DNA of 64,000 nucleotides, from the NCBI GenBank assembly GCA_013314735.1, contig JABUFD010000008.1, positions 1 to 64,000 of the forward strand. The letters run 5' to 3'. The stretch is from Anaerolineae bacterium. Lineage in GTDB: Bacteria; Chloroflexota; Anaerolineae; Anaerolineales; Anaerolineaceae. Shown one piece after another: positions 44,897 through 54,564 of the stretch. The position numbers were made by a program, and so were the translations under genes. The notes under the pieces were generated by a model, which searched no databases, was not told the DNA's origin, and was given only the letters and a program-made list of their open reading frames with translations. Position 1 is the stretch's first letter. Each line of letters begins with the position of its first letter.

Positions 44897-47800
44897 TCAC
44901 CGCCCGTCTGCTTCGCGCAGCGCCACATCACAGAAGCGGATCACGCGCAGCGCGTCCACGGTCAGTTCTTCGCCGTCCACCGGGTGGCGGTTGAGGAAAT
45001 CGGTCATCACCTGGCGCGCCTGGCGCAGCAGGGGTTGGCTGCGGTGGGCGGCGCAGATCTTCTCCAGCGCCTGGATGCCATCCCGCAGCAGGAGCGGATT
45101 GACGCGCGGCTCACCGATGATCGTGAACAGGGAGGGCGCGGCGGCAGCCGATTTGATCTCGCCCAGCGCCCAGGCGCTTTGCTGGCGCACGCTCAGCAAA
45201 CTGCCCTTGTGGTTCAGCAGGTCGATCAGGGCGGGTTCGGCGGGGCGGCCGATGTACTTGAGCACATGGGAAAGGTGCACGCGCACGTTCTCATCGGTGC
45301 GGGCGGAGGAGAAGTACGAAACCAGCACCGGCACCGCCTCGGCGCCGATCTGGTACAGCGCCACCTTGAGGGCGTTGCGGCGTTCGTTGAGGGCTTCGAG
45401 GTTGCCATGGCCGCGGGTGAGGGCCTCGACGGTTTCCCGCAGGGCTTCCACCAACGGGCTGACGGCCAGTTCGCCGCAGCGGGTGCATTTGTCATATTGC
45501 CCGCGGATGATCCAGTAATTGCAGCCGGTCTGGTCGGGTTTGGGCTGCCAGCCGAGGGCATCGAGCAGTTCGGCGGCCTTGCGGCGCGTGGTTTCGCGGT
45601 CGCTGTCGAGCAGGTTCACCAGTGGGGCGACGGCGTCCTGCCCGTAGGCGGGCACGCGCTCCCACTCCTGGCGCGCGATGGCGTAGGCCGCGGCGCCTTC
45701 CCCGCTCTGCGGCACCCACTGGAAGCGCGTCAGCCATTCGGCCGCCAGGAAACGCCGCGCGCGCAGCGGCGACACCAGTTCGCCGCGCAGGGTGTTGGGG
45801 GCGCCTTCGCCCATCCCCAGCAGCATCTTGGTAAACGACTCGCGCCAGGGCAGCTGTTCGGCAAGGGTGCGATCGAACAGCACCAGCAGGGCGGTGCGCT
45901 CCATCGCCGCCAGGGCGCGGATCACGGTCAGGCGCAGCTGCTCCAGGCGCGCCCATTGCAGCTGCACCACGGGATCGGGTGTGGCGGATTGCAGCTGGGC
46001 ATCGAGGCGCAGCAGCAGGTCCAACAGGAGCGAGGCGCAATCGGCATCGCCGATCACGGCCAGCGCGGCGGCGGCATCCTGCTGCAGCTTGCCTTCCTGG
46101 TCGGTGAGGATGTCGATCAGCAGGCGGATCACGTCGGGCTGGTTGGCCTGGGGACCCATTTCGCTCAGGGCATGAATACCGGCGATCTGCATATCGCGGT
46201 GGTCAGCGCCGATCACGGCGGTGAGGAGCGGGATCAGCTGCGGGTCGCGCGCGCTGCCGAGGGCGAGCACGGCGGCCTTGCGCACTGCCAGGTCCTCCTG
46301 GCGGTTCTCGACCAGGCGCGTGAGCGCCTTGACCGCGCGCTCATCGATCTGCTGGTGGAAAGCGTTCGCCGCCAGCAGGCGGATGCGCGTGGCGGGGTCG
46401 CGCAGTTTGTCGACGTAAAATTCCATCGGGGTCTGGTCGATCTGGTACAGGGCGCGGGCAGCCTCATAGCGCACATCGGCGCTGGCGTGCTCGCGCGCGC
46501 TTTGCATCAGCATCGCCACCGCCGGCTCGCCGATGCGCGCCAGGATGTCGGCGGCGTAAGGGCGCAGGTGCCCCTGGCGGCCTTCCAGCACCACGATCAA
46601 ATCCACCACCGCCGCCTGCCCGATGGACACCAGCGCCTCGCTGATGCCTTTCTGGGCGCGGATGCGCAGGATGTCATTCGGCAGGCGCTTTTCCAGTTCG
46701 AGGGTTTCCTGCAGGTTGCGGATCAGCGGCTTGACGGCCGCGCGCCCCATTTCGGTGCAGGAGGCAAAGGCGGTGTGCGCCACATAGTAGTACACCAGGT
46801 CCTCAGGGTCCTGCGGCGGGCCGCCGAGCTGGTCGAGGGTCTGGGCAGCGGAAAGGCGCAGGGCGTAATCCCAAAAACGCAGCGCGCGCAGCAGCGGCGG
46901 ACGGGCGGGCGGGCCGAGTTCGATGCACACCTGCCACTGGCGCTGGGCGATGGCGGCATAGGCGGCATCTTCGGGGGTTTCCGCTTCCCATCCCAGGCGG
47001 CGCAGCATCTCCATCGCGCGGGCGCGCGGCAGGGTATCCGGCGCGCGCAGCAGGGTGAGCATGGCGGGGTTGACGGCCGAACCGAGGCGCTGCAGGGTGT
47101 TCATGGTGCGTTCCACCAGCACCTCGTTTTCGCTCTCCAGCTGTTCGGCCAGGGCGGGGATCGCCTCGGCGCCGATCGCCCCCAGGGCGCGCTCGATGTA
47201 GCTCAACTGGCGGCGCGCCAGGGTACGGCCTTCACGCTCTGCCGCGGTGACAGCGGTATCCCACGGGGTGGTGTTGATGATGGCACGCTGCGCGGCGGTG
47301 AGGGCGCGCGCGCCGGGTTCACCGCCCATCTCCCCCAGCGCGTCCGAGATCGCTTTTTGCACATTGGCGGATTCGCCCAGCAGCTTGCGCAGCAGGGGCT
47401 GCACGCTGGCGGGGTCCCTGAACTGCCGCAGCAGGTCGATCAGCGGCAGCAGTAGGGCTTCGTCCTGGGTGCGTTCCAGCAGTTCCAGCAGGGCGGGCAC
47501 GGCCGGCGCGCCGATCTCCAGCAGCACCCGGGCGGCGTGGTCGCGCTTTTGGGGATTGCCGCTGGTAAAGAGGTGCATCAATGAGGAAACCGCGGCCTCC
47601 CCGTTGGCAGCGAGCACTTTGGAAATTTCACTGATGGCCTGGGTGTGGCGGGCGTCCCATTCCGCGGCAGGCGGGCCCAGGCGGGCATCGAGCGCGCGCG
47701 CCAGCGGGGGCACGGCGGCCGGCCCGCATTCCAGGCAGTTGAGCCAGTTCTCGCGCGTGCAGTGATAGAGCGCGCCGTGGCGGTCGGGCGTGGGCAGCCA

Positions 47801-48166
47801 TTGCAGCTGATCGAGCGAGCGCACCACCGCGCGCGACAGGTCGGGATCGAGGCTGAGGGTGAGGGCCTCCAGCAGGGCGGGGATCACGCGCGGGTCGTTC
47901 ATTTCGCCCAGGGCGCGCGCCGCGCGGCGCCGCAGCAGGTCATCGCCTTCTTTTAAGAAGCGCGTCATCTCGGCGGCGGGGGGCGGCGAATAATGCACCA
48001 GCGCCTGGTAAGCTGCCAGGTAGGTTTCTTCACTGCCGGTCTGGAAGGCGCGCAGCAGCCCCCGCAGGTTGCGGTCGGTTTTCATTTTTTCAACATCGTC
48101 CGGGGTGAGAACGCGTTTCAGGAACATCGGGCTGCCTCTCCTTGCCAACATCGGCTGTGCCTTCAT
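44897..48166 (-). CDS. large HEAT/PBS-lyase-type repeat protein (1089 aa)
   Basis: Dozens of ~30-aa helical repeats of the form ..R..AA.ALGEIGDP.A.P.L.. and recurring W/Y-x2-C-x-E-x-G-x2-AV-x-PL-x2-AL elements. Confidence 0.75.
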   Translation of the reverse strand: MKAQPMLARRGSPMFLKRVLTPDDVEKMKTDRNLRGLLRAFQTGSEETYLAAYQALVHYSPPPAAEMTRFLKEGDDLLRRRAARALGEMNDPRVIPALLEALTLSLDPDLSRAVVRSLDQLQWLPTPDRHGALYHCTRENWLNCLECGPAAVPPLARALDARLGPPAAEWDARHTQAISEISKVLAANGEAAVSSLMHLFTSGNPQKRDHAARVLLEIGAPAVPALLELLERTQDEALLLPLIDLLRQFRDPASVQPLLRKLLGESANVQKAISDALGEMGGEPGARALTAAQRAIINTTPWDTAVTAAEREGRTLARRQLSYIERALGAIGAEAIPALAEQLESENEVLVERTMNTLQRLGSAVNPAMLTLLRAPDTLPRARAMEMLRRLGWEAETPEDAAYAAIAQRQWQVCIELGPPARPPLLRALRFWDYALRLSAAQTLDQLGGPPQDPEDLVYYYVAHTAFASCTEMGRAAVKPLIRNLQETLELEKRLPNDILRIRAQKGISEALVSIGQAAVVDLIVVLEGRQGHLRPYAADILARIGEPAVAMLMQSAREHASADVRYEAARALYQIDQTPMEFYVDKLRDPATRIRLLAANAFHQQIDERAVKALTRLVENRQEDLAVRKAAVLALGSARDPQLIPLLTAVIGADHRDMQIAGIHALSEMGPQANQPDVIRLLIDILTDQEGKLQQDAAAALAVIGDADCASLLLDLLLRLDAQLQSATPDPVVQLQWARLEQLRLTVIRALAAMERTALLVLFDRTLAEQLPWRESFTKMLLGMGEGAPNTLRGELVSPLRARRFLAAEWLTRFQWVPQSGEGAAAYAIARQEWERVPAYGQDAVAPLVNLLDSDRETTRRKAAELLDALGWQPKPDQTGCNYWIIRGQYDKCTRCGELAVSPLVEALRETVEALTRGHGNLEALNERRNALKVALYQIGAEAVPVLVSYFSSARTDENVRVHLSHVLKYIGRPAEPALIDLLNHKGSLLSVRQQSAWALGEIKSAAAAPSLFTIIGEPRVNPLLLRDGIQALEKICAAHRSQPLLRQARQVMTDFLNRHPVDGEELTVDALRVIRFCDVALREADGR

Positions 48167-48270
48167 TTTACCCGAAAACCGGGCGGATGCTGTAGCCGGA
48201 CACTGTCAACAAATGAACCGCGGATATCCGCGAATCTTCGCGGATCAAAAGGATCGGTATCCTTAATGGA

Positions 48271-49362
48271 TTAAGCGCTGCCCTTTCCCACTTCCCGCAC
48301 CAGCCGGACGATGTGCTGGTAATCACTCAGGCTGACATTATCCGGCACGCTGTGATCGGAGGAGAACACATACCCGCCCGATTCCATCAGGAGCGGCAGT
48401 TTTGTGCGGATGTCTTCTTCCACGGCCTGCGGATTGTCCCATTTTTGCACATCAAACCCGCCCCGCAGGGCAATCTGGTGACCATAGGTCCGTTTCACCG
48501 CAACCGGATCAACCCCTGCTTTGACTTCCAGCGGGTTGAGCATGTCGATGCCAAGTTCCACCAATTCAGGGATTAACGCAGTCAGGTTGCCGCAGCAATG
48601 CAGCTGGACCTTTTTCCCATGGGCATGCGACCAATCGACCACCTTTTTTTGGTACGGCATCAAAATTTGCCGCCATAATTTCTTCGAAAACAACAACCCA
48701 CCCTTATACGCCATATCGTCGAACCACATCCACTCGTCGAAATCATACCCCGCGTCCAGGATCATTTCGAACAGCGCAATCGTCAGGTCACAGCCGGTAT
48801 TACACATATCGATCACCCAATCCGGGTCGTCCATCATCCCCATCAGGATCGTTTCCGTGCTGCACATGCGGGTACTGACGATGTCATAGCCAAACCAGGG
48901 CCCCGCCATGATCCAGGAGCCTTCCTTGCGCCAGCGCTCATAATTGGCTTCCAGGTAGGCCCAATCAATGCGGTCCCGCGCGGGTGCCATGCGCGGTTTC
49001 GCCCGCAGCCACGAGTCTTTGTCCTTGATCTCATGGTCCAGGTGCTGGAAGGTGGCGCTTTCGGGTTTGAAGTTCTTTTTGGTCATGCCAAATTTATCAT
49101 GGTCAATCCGGTAATGGTCGGTCTCTTCGATCACGTATTCCTCGAACCGGGGCGAGGTATCAATCACCTCCGTGCCCAGAAAGACGAAATGGTCCAATCC
49201 GAGGAAATCCCGGAAACCCCGCCAATCTGTAATGGCGGGTAAGCCCTCCGTTTGCCAGCGCCGGAGGGTGGATTCCCAGAAGCCATCGGAAATCGGAACC
49301 TGGTCTGGCACCTGGTGGTTGTAGATGCGCTGCATGCGCTCAAAAGTCGTCATCTCCTTCAT
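48271..49362 (-). CDS. uroporphyrinogen decarboxylase (URO-D) family protein (MtaA/CmuA-like methyltransferase type)
   Basis: N-terminal ..FERMQRIYNHQVPDQVPI.. and C-terminal ..GGYVFSSDHSVPDNVSLSDYQHIVRLVREVG resemble the URO-D fold family. 363 aa. Confidence 0.65.
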   Translation of the reverse strand: MKEMTTFERMQRIYNHQVPDQVPISDGFWESTLRRWQTEGLPAITDWRGFRDFLGLDHFVFLGTEVIDTSPRFEEYVIEETDHYRIDHDKFGMTKKNFKPESATFQHLDHEIKDKDSWLRAKPRMAPARDRIDWAYLEANYERWRKEGSWIMAGPWFGYDIVSTRMCSTETILMGMMDDPDWVIDMCNTGCDLTIALFEMILDAGYDFDEWMWFDDMAYKGGLLFSKKLWRQILMPYQKKVVDWSHAHGKKVQLHCCGNLTALIPELVELGIDMLNPLEVKAGVDPVAVKRTYGHQIALRGGFDVQKWDNPQAVEEDIRTKLPLLMESGGYVFSSDHSVPDNVSLSDYQHIVRLVREVGKGSA

Positions 49363-49794
49363 GGGGCACCTGTCCTTTCGGTAATTGGGGTTCGATCATC
49401 TATCGTGAATGGGTATTGGGGGGTGAAATGATTGTTGTCCGATCTGCTGCCAGTCATTCCGTTCCCTTCACCCCCGCCGGATGGCGCAACGGAGCGGTAT
49501 GAACTGCTATTAGCGGTTAAGCAAAAAGAGCAGAAGGTGTATTCACCCTTCCATGCTCAGTCAGCCTTATTCACCGGGTACTCGATCGTCTGTAATGATT
49601 CTATATCTGAATCAATCCAGAAGTCAATAGGAGGTACTGAGAAAAGAGAGAGTTCCAATCATGATGGAAAGAAATGAAAGCCTCTCCCAGAGGACTGAAA
49701 AGACAGCCAATATGAAACGATGGCGGGGTGACGTGAAAATCGGATGCATGCTGGAGCCGCCCATGGCCACAAAGAACCCACGGCCATTGAAAAA

Positions 49795-49860
49795 AGGATC
49801 AACCGCGGATTGACACGGATTTTTTTCTTCCTGATCCGCGAAAATCTGTGAGATCAGTGG
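49795..49860. repeat. second copy of the Crp-upstream element (aaccgcggatt..cacggatttttttcttcctgatccgcg..aaaatctgtga..ccgattc)
   Basis: Compare with 796-960 (ccacggatttttttcctctttatccgcg .. aaaatctgtgccgattc .. TACAAT). Sits next to a ~400-bp low-GC stretch at 49400-49800. Confidence 0.5.
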
Positions 49861-49934
49861 TTATTCCGATTCACTGCACCGATTTTTCCCCTTGCGTCAG
49901 GCTACAATCACGAGGAGTGAACAGCAACGGATGG

Positions 49935-50474
49935 CTACCCTCCCCACTCCCGCTCCAGCAATCCGTAGACGACCTCATCGGCCCACTGGTTTTGCCAGCG
50001 GCGGGTTTCACGCAGGGTGCCTTCGTGCTGCATCCCCAGGCGCTCCATCACGCGGATCGAGGCGGCGTTGGCGGCGTGGCTGAACGCCACCACGCGGTGC
50101 GCCCGGCACGGCCCAAAGGCCAGATCCAGCATCGCGCGCGCCGCTTCCAGCGCGTAACCCTGCCCCCAATACGCGGGCAGCAGCGCCCAGCCCACCTCCC
50201 ATTCGCCCACCGGGGCGTAATTCAGCACCAGCTTCACCAGCCCAAAGGCGGTTTGCGGGGCTTCCCGCGGGCACACCGCCAGGTGGTAATGGGTGCGCGG
50301 TTCGGCAGCCGCCTCATCGATCACGCGCTGCAGGAATTGCCCCACCTGGGCTTCGGTGAGGGTTTCGGTATCATAATAACGCGTCTGCGGGGCGGTTTGC
50401 AGCGTCAGCATCGCCGGCAGGTCGGCAGGGGTATAGTCCCGCAGGCACAGGCGGGCGGTTTCGATCCGAGTCAT
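49935..50474 (-). CDS. GNAT family N-acetyltransferase (RimJ/RimL-like)
   Basis: N-terminal ..TARLCLRDYTPADLPAMLTL.. and acetyl-CoA motif QGYALEAARAML. Confidence 0.75.
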   Translation of the reverse strand: MTRIETARLCLRDYTPADLPAMLTLQTAPQTRYYDTETLTEAQVGQFLQRVIDEAAAEPRTHYHLAVCPREAPQTAFGLVKLVLNYAPVGEWEVGWALLPAYWGQGYALEAARAMLDLAFGPCRAHRVVAFSHAANAASIRVMERLGMQHEGTLRETRRWQNQWADEVVYGLLEREWGG

Positions 50475-50492
50475 GGGGGGCCTCCGTGGGGT

Positions 50493-51002
50493 TTATTTCT
50501 TCGGGTTGGGGTTGATCTCCTGCAGGGCTTTGGTCAGCCCGGCGACATCCCTGGTGGAGGCCTGCAGGCCGCCCACGTCCGCCGTCAGCAGGCTCTGCTC
50601 CACCCCCGGCAGCACCTTCACCGCCAGCTCATTGGCCTTCATGATCTTGCCCGCCAGTTCGTGGGCGTCTTTGGCAAAATCGATGATCCTGTCGGGGATC
50701 AGCGGGATTTTGTCCATGATCGGGATCAGCACCTCGAGCACATTCTCCACCATGTCGACGTACTTCACCACCACCTCGCGCAGCAGGCTGATGGTACGGG
50801 TCAGCTGCAGGGCCATGTCCTGGATCGAATCGAGCGTCCCCTTGTTGTCCTCGATCACATCGCTGATGTTGTTGAGCGCGCCGACGATCTTGTCGGAAAA
50901 ATGCACGTAGTTCTCACCGCCGCGGGCGGGGGCGGTTTTGGGTTTGCGCGCGGCCGTGCTGGTAACGGTGCGGCGCGGCGGGGTTTTGGGTTGGGTTGCC
51001 AT
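50493..51002 (-). CDS. hypothetical protein (basic N-terminus, helical)
   Basis: 169-aa ORF with consistent codon usage; no motifs recognised. Confidence 0.5.
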   Translation of the reverse strand: MATQPKTPPRRTVTSTAARKPKTAPARGGENYVHFSDKIVGALNNISDVIEDNKGTLDSIQDMALQLTRTISLLREVVVKYVDMVENVLEVLIPIMDKIPLIPDRIIDFAKDAHELAGKIMKANELAVKVLPGVEQSLLTADVGGLQASTRDVAGLTKALQEINPNPKK

Positions 51003-51117
51003 GATTGCCTCCTGGGTGTGAATTAAAATGGTGTTCTCCCGTTGATTGTAGCATCGAACCGGGCTGATTCAAGTGTGAAATCCGGCGGCAATGCATACTT
51101 TCTGGCCCGTGGTGGGT

Positions 51118-51939
51118 TCAGGCGGATTCCGGGGATGTGGATTGCGCTTCCTGCTGGATCAGGTAGAGGTGCCTGCCGCCGGCGTGGTTGCTGTAGGCCC
51201 GTTCCATCCCCCGCGCTTCCGCCAGGTGGCTTTCATAAAGAAACTGGTTCCCCTCGGTGATGTATTGCTGTTCCAGGGTGGGAAGCACCGCCAGCCGGCG
51301 GCGCACATGCGCCAGCACTTCGGCGTTCAATTCCCGGCTCTGCCAGCGCAGGCCCAATTCGTCCAGCAGCAAACCCAGCGGGTTGTACTGCGGCAAATTG
51401 GCACGCCGATCATAGCTTTGCAGGTCGTCATGCGGCATGGCGCTGCAGTCATAGATCACCGCCAGGGTACCGCCGGGCTTCAGCAAGGCCAGGAGACCGG
51501 TGAGGGTGCTGCGCAGGTCTGTAAAATACAGGGTATCGATCGAGACGATGACATCAAAACTGGCAGGCGGGAACGTAAGGCTGCCCATATCCATCACCGC
51601 GAAGTCAAGCCGCCCGTGCCCGGCGCGGGTGCGGGACAAAGCCCGTTCGATGGCACAGGGAATGTTGTCAATGCCGGTGACATGCGCGCCGGTGGTATCG
51701 CTGAAATATTCCGCGATCATGCCGTTGCCACACCCCAGGTCGAGCACCTGTGTGGCAGGGGACATCCCCGTCCGCAGGATGATCTCATCCAGGTGCGCCA
51801 TATCGGCAAAGCCGTGCTGGCACAGGTTCCTGCCGTAGACGGCCTCGCAAAAAGCGGCATTGGCGCTGCTGGTTTCCACTGCCTGGTAAAAGCGCGTATA
51901 AAATTCATCCATCGATCCGCTCCTTTGACTCGCTCGCAA
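51118..51939 (-). CDS. class I SAM-dependent methyltransferase
   Basis: Motif I VLDLGCGNG; post-I acidic residue; motif II-like region. Confidence 0.8.
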   Translation of the reverse strand: MRASQRSGSMDEFYTRFYQAVETSSANAAFCEAVYGRNLCQHGFADMAHLDEIILRTGMSPATQVLDLGCGNGMIAEYFSDTTGAHVTGIDNIPCAIERALSRTRAGHGRLDFAVMDMGSLTFPPASFDVIVSIDTLYFTDLRSTLTGLLALLKPGGTLAVIYDCSAMPHDDLQSYDRRANLPQYNPLGLLLDELGLRWQSRELNAEVLAHVRRRLAVLPTLEQQYITEGNQFLYESHLAEARGMERAYSNHAGGRHLYLIQQEAQSTSPESA

Positions 51940-51961
51940 TACCCTTTGATTATAAATGATT

Positions 51962-52880
51962 TGAACCTCCCTCCGGGATGGGATGGCGAAGGTAAGTTGT
52001 CAATGAAGCGCTCGGAACGTCAAAGCCACGCCACGGTGGTGAAGGTTGGCTATAGTTATCGTTACAAACCCGAACCTCCATCCCGGAGGGAGGGACTTGC
52101 GCCGCTTGCGTTCGTGACCTGACTGCCTCCCTCCGGGATGGGATGGCGGAGGCAAGTTGGAAGTGATTGGCCGGAACGTCAAAGCCACGCCACGGTGGTG
52201 AAGGTTGGGCATGGCAAAAGTTGCACTTCTGAACCTCCATCCCGAAGGGAGGTCTCCATCCCGGAGGGAGGGACTGACGCCGCTTGCGTTCGTAACCTGA
52301 CTGCCTCCCTCCGGGATGGGATGGCGGAGGTAAGTTGGAAATGAATGCCCGGAACGCCAAAGCCACGCCGCGGTGGTGAAGGTTGGGCATGGCAAAAGTT
52401 GCACGCCTGAGCCTCCCTCCGGGATGGAGGGACTTGCACCGCTGGTATTCGTAACCTGACTGCCTCCCTCCGGGATGGGATGGCGAAGGTAAGTTGTCAA
52501 TGAAGCGCTCGGAACGTCAAAGCCACGCCGCGGTGGTGAAGGTTGGCTATAGTTATCGTTACAAACCCGAACCTCCATCCCGAAGGGAGGTCTCCATCCC
52601 GGAGGGAGGGACTGACGCCGCTGGTATTCGTAACCTGACTACCTCCCTCCGGGATGGGATGGCGGAAGCAGGTTTGGAATGAATGCCCGGAACACAAAAG
52701 TCATGCCGCGGTGATGAACGTTGGCTATAGTTATCGTTACAAACCCGAACCTCCATCCCGGAGGGAGGGACTGACGCCACTTGCGTTCGTGACCTGACTG
52801 CCTCCCTCCGGGATGGGATGGCGGAGGCAAGTTGGAAGTGATTGGCCGGAACGTCAAAGCCATGCCACGGTGGTGAACGT
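51962..52880. repeat. tandem array A of the composite H-family hairpin repeat (~5.5 units of 160-180 bp)
   Basis: Units start at 52072, 52231, 52411, 52571 and 52747. Each has inverted arms cctccatcccggagggagggac ... gcctccctccgggatgggatggcg separated by a ~45-nt loop, then a conserved ~95-nt tail (ggccggaacgtcaaagccacgccgcggtggtgaaggttgg..). Confidence 0.85.
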
Positions 52881-52968
52881 ATGTGTGATGTGGCATCAAA
52901 AATTGGCTATAATGGTAACAGGACGCAGCTTCCACACCCGTTCCAACATTCACAGGCAAGAGGGTTTT

Positions 52969-53574
52969 ATGAGTATGGGTACAAACATGGGTACGATCAT
53001 CGGCACAATCATCATCATCAACGGCACCAGTTCTTCCGGCAAAACGTCAATTGTCAAGGCACTGCAGCAGCAATCGGCGGTACCGTATATCGATGCCGGG
53101 CTGGACCGCTTCCTGTGGATGCTCCCCTCCCGCTACCTCGACCGCCCGTTGTGGGATGACGTACTCGGCCTGGCAACCGAAGCCGGGCAAACCGGGCATA
53201 CCCTGGCGCGCGGCATGCACCGCGCCATCGCGGCCCTGGCCCACAGCGGGAACTACGTGGTGGCCGACCATGTACTGGTGGAACCCGGCTGGGTAACGGA
53301 TTGCGCCGAATTATTCTGGCAGCTGCCGGCGTACCTGGTGGGGGTGCGCTGCCCGTTGGCAGTGCTGGAGGAGCGCGAGCGCGCCCGCCGCGACCGCACC
53401 CTGGGGCAGGCAAAGGCGCAGTACCCGCTGGTACACGCCCACGATATTTACGACCTCGAAGTGGACACCTCGGTGCTGTCCCCGCAGGAATGTGCCACGG
53501 CCATCCTCGAACGCGTCAGCAGCGGCGGGCCGCCCACGGCGTTTCATCAACTGAAGCACGGCGGCCTGTTTTGA
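52969..53574 (+). CDS. chloramphenicol phosphotransferase-like (CPT family) P-loop kinase
   Basis: P-loop IIINGTSSSGKTSIVKAL at the N-terminus, typical of CPT-like proteins. TATAAT at 52908-52913; GAGG RBS before ATG 52969. The track ORF N-terminal extension runs into the repeat array. Confidence 0.65.
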   Translation: MSMGTNMGTIIGTIIIINGTSSSGKTSIVKALQQQSAVPYIDAGLDRFLWMLPSRYLDRPLWDDVLGLATEAGQTGHTLARGMHRAIAALAHSGNYVVADHVLVEPGWVTDCAELFWQLPAYLVGVRCPLAVLEERERARRDRTLGQAKAQYPLVHAHDIYDLEVDTSVLSPQECATAILERVSSGGPPTAFHQLKHGGLF

Positions 53575-54038
53575 TGCCCTGCCGCGTTTCCGGCCCCATG
53601 CAGGGTACCGCCGACCGCTGTGCGCCGATCCTGCGTGCCCTGCCAGACTGGTTCGGGATCGAGGAAGCCACCCGCCAGTATATCGCCGAGATTGACGACC
53701 GCCCGACTTTTATCGCGGAAATCGCGGGGACAGTGGTGGGCTTTGTAACCCTCACGCGGCACACCCCCGCCGCCGCCGAGGTGCATGTGATGGGCGTCCT
53801 GCCGCAGCATCACCACCAGGGCATCGGGCGGGCGCTGCTGCAAGCCGCCGAGGCCTGGCTGATCGCCGAGGGGGTGGAATACCTGCAGGTAAAAACCCTC
53901 AGCGCGGCCCACCCGGACCCCGGCTACGCCGCCACGCGCGCCTTTTACGAGGGCATGGGCTTCCGCCCCCTGCAGGAATGGCCGGCACTGTGGGGTACTG
54001 ACAACCCCTGCCTGCAGTTGGTGAAAGCCCTCCGTTAA
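53574..54038 (+). CDS. GNAT family N-acetyltransferase
   Basis: HHHQGIGRALLQAAEAWLIAEGVEYLQVKT matches the acetyl-CoA-binding motif. Start overlaps the preceding stop (TGATG). Confidence 0.7.
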   Translation: MPCRVSGPMQGTADRCAPILRALPDWFGIEEATRQYIAEIDDRPTFIAEIAGTVVGFVTLTRHTPAAAEVHVMGVLPQHHHQGIGRALLQAAEAWLIAEGVEYLQVKTLSAAHPDPGYAATRAFYEGMGFRPLQEWPALWGTDNPCLQLVKALR

Positions 54039-54126
54039 AAAAATATTAGAACCTGCTCAATTCTATTGAAAAACGTGCAAATGGGCGTATAATATCGAGT
54101 AGAAGTGGAAAAGAAGGTGAACAAGT

Positions 54127-54435
54127 ATGCCAATCTATACCTACCATTGCGATAATTGCGGTGTGACATTCGACCAGCGCCAGAGCTTTACGGATGAAGC
54201 CCTCAAAACCTGCCCCGAGTGCGAGGTGGAAGCCCTGCACAAGGTGTATCAGCCGGTTGGTATTGTATTCAAAGGCAAGGGCTTTTACGCCACCGACCAC
54301 AAATCTGCCTCTGGCAGCAAGCGCAGCAGCGACAGCAAAAGCGAATCTTCCGACAGCGGCAGCGAGAGCAAGAGCGAATCCGCCGCTGGCGAAAGCAAGA
54401 AGGAAAGCAAATCCCCGGCGCCCATTGCCGATTAA
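54127..54435 (+). CDS. FmdB-family zinc-ribbon protein with Ser/Glu/Lys-rich tail
   Basis: MPIYTYHCDNCGVTFDQRQSFTDEALKTCPECEVEALHKVYQ matches the FmdB CxxC..CxxC signature. Confidence 0.75.
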   Translation: MPIYTYHCDNCGVTFDQRQSFTDEALKTCPECEVEALHKVYQPVGIVFKGKGFYATDHKSASGSKRSSDSKSESSDSGSESKSESAAGESKKESKSPAPIAD

Positions 54436-54564
54436 CCCAATCCCCAACCCATCTCCAACAGCACCCGCGCGGGTGCTGTTTTTTTGTCATCACTGAGGCT
54501 GCGTTCCCCCGCGTGCAATCCGGTTTGGGCCTAATCTTTGGTACAATCAAGCACGAAGGAGAAA

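Noticed and set aside
51962-52880. Tandem repeat arrays (here and 56121-56880) as CRISPR arrays
   Set aside because: Repeat period is 160-180 bp and the inter-hairpin segments are themselves conserved between units (two sub-variants) rather than unique spacers; no cas genes or leader in the window.
52813-52968. N-terminal extension of the CPT-like kinase ORF into repeat array A
   Set aside because: Translation of repeat sequence; ATG 52969 has a GAGG RBS, a TATAAT upstream, and the P-loop begins right after it.
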